A stretch of DNA of 63,332 nucleotides, counting the filler, from Octopus bimaculoides (taxonomy: Eukaryota), in the NCBI RefSeq assembly GCF_001194135.2. It is 5 parts of 5 records of this genome, joined end to end, with 100 filler letters (N's around TTAATTAATTAA, not from the genome) between each part and the next. Parts side by side here need not be neighbours in the genome. Positions count along the whole stretch, not along the records: positions 32,938 to 61,857 come from NC_068983.1; positions 61,958 to 63,332 come from NC_068985.1; 3 more parts are not named here. One strand, given 5' to 3'. The notes under the pieces are model-generated. The model did not search any database. It saw only the letters and a list, made by a program, of their open reading frames with translations, and had not been told where the DNA came from. Positions 55,626 through 63,332 of the stretch are shown here, in pieces. Each line of letters begins with the position of its first letter. Within the stretch, counting starts at the first letter, position 1. Position numbers and translations under genes: made by a program.

Positions 55626-57485
55626 GTGTGTGTGTGTGTTGTGTGCGTGTTTGTGTGTGTCTGTGTGCGCGCGCGCGTGTATTCTAGGTAGTGTAGCGTG
55701 GTTCCATAATGAAATACGGTGTCCCCACCTGCAATTAATATATAAGTACCAGTTGCCAAAAATACATAAATTTGGTATATCCAATTGTTTCACCGCTATA
55801 TTTGGTGACGATTTAAACCTTGCTCTACCAGAGAAACGGTATGTCACTAATTACCAACTGGGTCCATTTGTCTTTTATTTACATTTTATTCAAACTATTT
55901 TTTACTACATTACATACGTATATATGTATAAATTTTATTCAAACTATTTCTTAGCTACATTATATATGCTATCATGTGAATGAAGAATTACTGTTCCTCA
56001 CAAAGGTTTATAAAATACAGCTTACAGAATATATTATAAATTTTAGAAATTCCAAAAATACAGGATTACAGCCCTTCATGGCAGTTATAGCAGACAACAT
56101 TGAGATGTTCTTGGCAAACATAGATATTACAATTCTTACATGTAGTACGAGTCTTACTGTCCTTTTTGGGGCCACACAAAGAACATCTTCCTATTTTTTT
56201 TCTTTGGCTGAGGAATCTCAAATGTGTTTGAACATCGTCTACTTTTCTTGTTTCTTTGAGAAATGTTAGAGGAACTAGAAGATTGTTTGCTATGTTCTTG
56301 TTTAGCATTAATTCCAGCAAGTTCCTTTCCTAAGTGAATTAGGCACTCTCTTCTTTTATTCCTGAAAGTTTGCAACTGAAGTTATTTAGCAAGAATGAAA
56401 GCATTCACTGCACCTATATCAATCATGTTGTAGAATATAACCATAGGCCATCTTCGAGTCATTCCTTTCCAAATGTCTGTTCTTACCATCTTATCTATGG
56501 TGTCTACTCTTCCTTTTGTTTTGTTGTAACATGTAATAACTTCAGGTTTCTTTTCAGCATTTTTTGAATCAATTAAAGGCTGAGAGTGAATTGTACTCAT
56601 AAGTGTGACTACATAATTTTTCTTGGGACAATAAGACAGGATAATAGAATCCTTTTGAAATCCAAATATTGCGCTGCTGATTTCTCCTTCTTTTCCATTT
56701 GTGAAAACACTTGGAAGTTCAAATCCTTTGTTTCTAATTGTTCCAACTAAAATAGGTTTCTTACTAAGCAGCTTTCGAGACAATCCTAGGCTTGTAAAAA
56801 GATTATAACAAGTTATATTGCGAACAGTACTTCCAAGTTCTTTTACTAGGTCTTCAACAACTCTTAAACCTTGATTTATCTCTCTCCCTCTTACTGGGTC
56901 TTTTCCAGTGTAAATTTGCATTTTCCAGACATAAGATATTTCACTGTCGCATATTGCGCAAATTTTAATTCCATGTTTTCCTGCTTTTGAAGAAATATAT
57001 ACCCGGAATGGGCAGCACCCTCTGAATGAAACTAATTGTTCATCAACTGTCATGCATGAACTTGGAAGATATCCATCTTGCAAATTCTGATTTCACATTC
57101 CAAATACTTCTCTTATGGGCTCAGATTTATTATCACTTCTCTTTTTGTTCTTGCACTAGCATCATCAAAAAATCTGTTGGAATCTTACACGGCTCATGCT
57201 ATTGTTGAATATTGGGCGGCCATCTTGTTGATTCCGTAACTGTGTGACATTTTCATGTTTAAATTTATAAATATGTATAAGAATAATCAGTCCAATACAT
57301 TTCTTTAGTTCAGAGGGATCAATTACATTCCGTTTATCTTTGTAAACAACATGACCTTTAATATTTGTCCATTTACGAATTATTTTAAGATTCTAGCGCA
57401 TTATGATAGTAAAACATCTTTCAGTGCTATCGCAAGACCTTTCAGTAAAACAGGATGTCAACATTCTTGGCACACAATATTGCAA

Positions 57486-57638
57486 GATGAACATTATTTA
57501 CATTATTTACATTTGACGGATATTTGTCCTCATCTTGTTTGTTGTTAACACATCGTTTCGACTGATATACCCTCCAGCCTTCATCAGGTGTCTTGGAGAA
57601 ATTTCGAACCTGGATTCTCATTCCTAATGTATTTTTGA

Positions 57639-57716
<78 letters not shown>

Positions 57717-57783
57717 CATTGCTACTATCATCATCTTCATCGTCATAATGATAATAATAATAATAATAATAATAATAATTATA

Positions 57784-57844
<61 letters not shown>

Positions 57845-58022
57845 TCACTGCCTGGAATCGAACTCGGAATCTTGGGGTTGGTAGACTGCACTCTTAACCA
57901 CTATGCCATATGCCCGTGGGTATATAAACCGAAACGTTGTGTTAACAACAAACAAGATGAGGACAAACTTCTGTCAAATGTAAATAATATACATAATTCC
58001 TCATCTCTTAAATATAGAACTG
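57486..58022 (-). mobile_element. Composite insert: tRNA-like head, (AAT)n spacer, Penelope-type hammerhead tail, plus inverted partial tail
   Basis: Minus strand 57916-57841 gggcatatggcatagtggttaagagt...gagttcgattcc (A/B boxes), then (aat)n, then hammerhead at 57547-57592; + strand 57918-57990 repeats the tail in inverted orientation. Confidence 0.7.
57547..57592 (-). ncRNA. Hammerhead motif with mutated cleavage triplet (probably inactive copy)
   Basis: Minus strand: gacac CTGATGA a GGCTG gagggtatat CAGTC GAA ACGAT gtgtt. The partial inverted copy at 57918-57946 keeps GAAACGTTgtgtt, showing the ancestral GUU triplet. Confidence 0.6.
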
Positions 58023-59184
58023 TTCCAAGAGGAAATTGTTACTGATGCTTGAGTAAAAAGATTAGAATGCCAAACTTCTTGTCCGTCTCTAGAAACATAT
58101 TGCTCATTAATACTTGGGTGGCTTGCAGATAATTGTTTTTGTGTGTCTTCATCATCTGATGACACAGGACCTAAACAGTCCAGCACACGATCATTTTCAC
58201 CATCATCTTCAGAGCAATAGAAGGAATCACTACTATTTTCTTCCCATTCTTCATCTAATTCCAATAACTTTTTCGATATTTAGTCTCCACTCAAGTTTTC
58301 ACGTCTAGGCATATTGGAAAAGCATAACTGAACTATATGAAAATTGATAGCAGACCAAAGGCACATATTGCTCTCTCACATATTTATACTCTCCTGAAAG
58401 ATGACGCAATATATTGTAAGAATTGCGACATCACATAGAAATATTGCATCACGCTATAACCTAGCAGATTGAAGGTGATGTAATACCACGCAAATTTACA
58501 AGAATATTTTCATAATTTTTCCTATTTTATCTAAAATTCAGCAAATAAATAGAATACAATTTTATCTATTTTCTATTTGATAAATATCTAGGAAAATAGT
58601 ATTCGATACTGCTTGTATTCTGTTTAGAATGATAAGAGAATTGTCTGAATTTTATTCGGGAGTCCAATGGACGCATACGGTAATTAATGTATTAAGTGAA
58701 ATTTTCTAGCTTTTATAAACATACGGAAAATTTCCCATTTGACAAATAAAAGAGAGTGAAGTAAAAAAAGAGTCACGAGAAATCTGCAGAATCAAATAAT
58801 ATAGACAGTAGGAAGAAGCAACTGAAAAAGTTGAAACATGTCCATTAGACTCGTTGGTAGACAGAACGTTAAACAATGTGTTCATGGAATGTTAATGGGT
58901 TGGGCATGGTGCTGTGGTGCTGAAGAAAGGGGAAGAACTCCTGAAATATGATTATACCCCCAATACTTATTTTCTATCTTCAATTACATTGTTTATATAT
59001 TTGTATATGAAACATTGTAAGAAATCAATGATGGCTCTATTTTTATAGAATAGAGATAACTTTAAAAAATGAATTAATAGCATTGCTAACATAGGTGTGA
59101 CACAGTATTGTCATATAAGCGTTTAATATAATTGTTAGTATATTATGGTTGCATAACGGAAGACGTTGTCCCTACTGGCAATTA

Positions 59185-59231
<47 letters not shown>

Positions 59232-59286
59232 CGGAATCTAGAAATATGGTCTCCTTTCTCTTTATTTACTTTTTTGATTCTCTCAG

Positions 59287-59468
59287 ATATTGATCAGGGC
59301 CCCTCCAAAGCAGACAACGTCTATGACCTAGGAGATTTTATATTATATCTATGGATCACTTTACTGATTTCCTACCCTTTCGCTACATACTGGAAATATC
59401 ACTTTGGATCTTGGAGCATTTCAATGGTAGTCCGTTGGTACCGTTACATGTCAGCTGTTATCTTGTGA
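59287..59468 (+). CDS. Weak candidate terminal exon with hydrophobic segment (antisense to a decayed RTE LINE)
   Basis: Acceptor tttttgattctctcag|AT, phase 1; DIDQGPSK...FILYLWITLLISYPFATYW...stop; AATAAA at ~59491. The opposite strand reads as decayed RTE reverse transcriptase C-terminus, so the frame may be coincidental. Confidence 0.25.
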
Positions 59469-59700
59469 TACCAGTAATAGAGCAATACCAAATAAAGTAT
59501 ATGCATTTCTGATTCTTTCCTGATTTTCAGCTATTCAACTCTGCCTCATACACGTCTGATACTATATCCATTTTTTTCTATTAGGCTGTCTATTAATAGC
59601 AACCAGTATTAAGTATGCTCCTACCACAATTCGATTCTCGATATTTATTTTGCCACCTCCTGCAATTTTAAGACTTAAGATTTCTCACTGACACTGGGTA
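59290..59700 (-). mobile_element. Very old RTE-clade LINE remnant
   Basis: ERIRN...IAxITG..R*QLTCNG (cf. RxxRLxWYG) and RKGRKSVK*SIDII*NL (cf. RxRGRPxxRWxDxIxxDL). Confidence 0.45.
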
Positions 59701-61102
59701 ATTGTAGAAACGTGTGCAAATCGGTTGCTCGGATTGCAACTGTTTATCAGTGTAACATTTAATTACTCGACTGTTTTAACGGCACGAGATGATTTAGTGT
59801 TCCGATATTTTGTGTCTGAAGTAAATATATGGCATGTAATGGATTCAACGCCTCTTATTCAGGGCTGTGCTTGGTCCAGGCCAACAGTGAGTAAAACAAC
59901 AATGACTACACCGAATCCTTCTCACAGTTCTCCACCAGTCTCGGACAACCTGCAAAAGATTTCGGAGGTTATCCCTCATCATATAATCGAGCCATATAAA
60001 CAAAACAATTACGTATTCTTAATATATAGTGTAACAAGGCAGCGAGCTGACAGAATCGTTAGCACACCATGAAAAATGCTTAGCAGCATTTTGTCCGTTT
60101 TTGTGGTTTAAGTTCAAATATCTCCAAAGTTGACTTTGCTTTTCATCCTTTCGTGGTTGATAAAATAGCTACCAGTTGTGGACTAGAGTTGATGTTACTT
60201 AATTATCTCATTCTCCAAAATTGCTGTCCGTGTGCCAAGATCTGAAACCAATATATAGTGCAAGTTAATATATTAATTTCGGCTACCAAAGAAATTACGC
60301 GTCCAAAATTTAAGACTTGAATTGTGTAAAAAATTCTTTTCAATATCATGCATAACACACCATATCATATCATGTATTAACAACACGCAATTCGTTTCTC
60401 ATATTTCATTCTATGTAAAATGTATTGTTATATAATTATAAGAATATTTATAAAATAATAATCTTTATTCTATTGGGTTTTTCTTTATAAAATTGTAGGG
60501 AAAACTCTAAGCAGGCTAATACTAAGTAGTACAGACGTTGGAATTTTAATCTTGATTTTGGTATAAAAAAAATAGTGTTATACATGGAGTTTTACGGTTA
60601 TTCAAAGAACAGCATTAGTATAAATTCTTGATCCCATTCTTCGGCTGATGTGGGAGAAGATTTTAAGTTGTTTGCAGAATAGCAGGAGCAGGAAAGCATT
60701 TCACCAAGAACTCTGCAGATTATAGTTTTAGTTTTGGTTATTATTGATGGAACAATTTAAACATTATAAGGCGATTGTATGTCAATGTTTTTCTTCAAAC
60801 TGTAATCCTTTCGTGATTCCAATCACTGACATGTAATTAAAATGCAGTTCACTCTCCAGACAACCGAGTATTAATTATATTTCCAAGATTTATTGGACAA
60901 ATTGTCATTTGTTAATTATTAAGAATTATGATTACACATTTACTTTGATATTCAAATGAAATGAATTATATTAGTTATGCGGATTAGTTGAAAGTAATAT
61001 AAATATATCATAAAAATAAATCAAAATTTAGATTGTTCCTCATTTCACACAAACAGAGAATAACAAAAATAGTAACTCTACCTAATAATAAAAATAATAA
61101 TG

Positions 61103-61272
<170 letters not shown>

Positions 61273-61285
61273 TATTATTATTATT

Positions 61286-61857
61286 GTTCAGTAGTTTTAT
61301 TTTTATGACGTGCTTTCACTTCACTACCGAACGCAGTTCTGTACGCCTTGGGTATGTGCTGTGGTTTGCTGTGGTGTTCTTATGGTTACTGTATTGAAAG
61401 CGTTTTGCGTAGGATGTGTGCAGTGCCCAGTAGTGCAATTTTCTGTATGTTATATATATTTGTAAGTCCTGGTGTCTTTTTATGTATTTGTCTGAATTTT
61501 TTAATTATACCTAAGGCACCTACTATGATAGGAATTGTTTCTGTTTTTAGATTCCACATTCGAGTTACCTCTATTTCCAGGTCTTTGTATTTTGAAAGTT
61601 TTTCCATTTCTTTTAGAGAAATGTTGTCATCTGCTGGTATTGATACATCAATTAGAAAGCATTTTTTTTTCGTCATCTTTGACAACTATATCTGGTCTAT
61701 TTGCCTTAATTTCTCTATCTGTGTGTATTGGCATATCCCAGAGTATGGTTGCTTTCTCGTTTTCTGTGACCTTTTGTGGCGTGTGTTTATAACATTTTTT
61801 TCTGTTGTTATTCCATAGTGTTGGCATAGCTTCCAGTGTATATAGGTCCCAGTTCTG
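61286..61857 (-). mobile_element. R4/Dong-like retrotransposon 3' end (RLE endonuclease)
   Basis: YIHWKLCQHYG...ATILWDMPIHTDREIKANRPDIVVK...CFLIDVSIPADDN...KYKDLEIEVTRMW...IPIIVGALG...IALLGTAHILRK; 3' end abuts (AAT)n. Confidence 0.9.
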
Positions 61858-62114
61858 NNNNNNNNNNNNNNNNNNNNNNNNNNNNNNNNNNNNNNNNNNN
61901 NTTAATTAATTAANNNNNNNNNNNNNNNNNNNNNNNNNNNNNNNNNNNNNNNNNNNNCAGCAACAGCTGCTTCACCTCATACCGAAGTTCAGAAATAGCA
62001 GCTAAAGTGCTAAAACTCCAACAGATAATGGTGTTTACATACCGAAGGGCTTAGTAAAAATTATTAATTATTAATTTATTAATAAATTAATAATCCTTTA
62101 CCCTTTTATTTGTA

Positions 62115-62163
<49 letters not shown>

Positions 62164-62983
62164 CGTGTTTGTGTGTGTGTGTGTGACATGGACAGAGAAA
62201 GTATGAGACAGAGGTAAATGCAGTCGATAGATAAAGCGTGAAGTAAAAGAAGACTTAGAGTAGGAGAGGGAGTGAAGAGAAAAGAGTGAGAAATGCGAAA
62301 GGAACAAATGTACGAGTCTCGAATGTCAATGAGTGAAGTGGAATATAAATGACGATAGTAATTTTGACCATACCTAATATTGTAATGCCTTTATGGTACA
62401 CAAACTCATTCAGAAAATATGTGTGTGTATATATGCACATGTCCCTGTTTCTCCATCCGTGTGTATGCATGTGATCATGTGCATGTGTCTTAGGCTTTAG
62501 GCTTGTTATTTTAAGAGTTCTATGTATGAATGTGTGTTCCTGTGTGTTGCCGTGTGTGTGTGTGTGTGTGTGTGTCTGTGTGTACTTCCGTTTTTGGGTT
62601 TTGGTTTTTCATTCTTAGTTTTTGTTCTTCGAACTTCTTACCAGTGGAAAAAAATTGCTATTTGGACGGCATCAAGCATCAAGAAAATTCCGATGTTTTG
62701 AGGCATGTAGACTCCTTTGAAGTAACTTCAGGCGTAAGAGTTATATCCAAGCATATCCATGTAGATCAAAATACTTTATACTCGCAATAATTTGCTTCGA
62801 ATAAAATATTTGAAGCCTTTTATAGACAAAGAGAATTTCAATTTTAGCTGTCTATGGACTGGTTTTAGTATTGCTGGACTGATGTTTTCCTTTTTATATT
62901 CATTCTTTAATTGACCATCTAACGTTTAAATCGACAGAAATGTGTTATTTTAGTTACAATATATGCATGATATAAGGCGGCGA

Positions 62984-63188
62984 GCAGGCATAATCGTTAG
63001 CACGCCGGGCGAAATGCTTACCGGTATTTCGTCTGCCGGTACGTTCTGAGTTCAAATTCCGCCGAGGTCAACTTTGCCTTTCATTCTTTCAGGATCGATA
63101 AATTGAGTACCAGTTGCGTACAGGGATCGATCTAATCAAGTGACCCCTCCCCAAAAATGTCGGGCCTTGTGCCTAGAGTAGAAAAGAA
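62984..63188 (+). mobile_element. tRNA-headed SINE, CORE-like family B (other copies ~3205-3390-, 28945-29100+, 31795-31915-, 52770-52945-, 60045-60250+)
   Basis: B-box gagttcaaattcc followed by gtcaactttgcctttcat...gataaa...gtaccagttg, recurrent across the window. Confidence 0.8.
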
Positions 63189-63332
63189 TATATGCATGAT
63201 ATATGCGAGCTTTAATTGTCGAGCGCCCAAGGGAAACAGTATATGCATTTTGTCGTACTTGTAGTGATGCTCATGACGAATTTCGAACCACCACGCACAG
63301 TTTCCCTACTTCAGAGCCACGATGTACCATAC

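Larger units (their letters stand above)
55860..58330 (-). mobile_element. Decayed piggyBac transposase, interrupted at ~57486-58022
   Basis: Acidic N-terminus (58001-58264); TVDEQLVSFRG.CPFRVY...K.GIKI...DS...Y...QIYTGK; YNKTKG.VDT.DK...RRWPMVIFYNMID; C-terminal Cys-rich RCSLC...CKNCNIYVCQEH. Frameshifts and stops; TIRs not recognised. Confidence 0.9.

Noticed and set aside
57841-57916. Functional tRNA gene
   Set aside because: A and B boxes are present but no convincing acceptor stem; context is a SINE head.

Overview
Repeat-saturated eukaryotic genomic window with many N gaps and (TA)n/(CA)n/(TATG)n/(AAT)n/(GA)n microsatellites. The SINE and LINE content suggests an octopus or other coleoid cephalopod (inference only). 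One protein-coding gene is well supported on the + strand: a contactin-like Ig-superfamily gene with three phase-1 exons (21124-21456, 22913-23008, 24852-25091) that splice in frame into two Ig domains. It has a candidate signal-peptide exon (6530-6602) and a candidate 39-nt exon (53039-53077) after a ~28-kb intron. That intron holds a candidate antisense first coding exon of a type II membrane protein (28575-28841, -) and a candidate recursive splice site (48056/48057). The rest is mostly transposon relics: R4/Dong, HERO, Tx1/L1 (with an inverted 5' part), L2/CR1 and RTE LINEs, Penelope-like elements, mariner/Tc1/maT, piggyBac, hAT and mariner MITEs, and SINEs. The most striking unannotated signal is at least seven minimal type I hammerhead ribozyme motifs in six sequence variants. 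They have palindromic stem III and several non-canonical cores. Several lie in inverted arrangements around (TA)n, and one forms the 3' tail of a tRNA-headed SINE-like composite. All coordinates and folds were read by eye, and relic boundaries are approximate.
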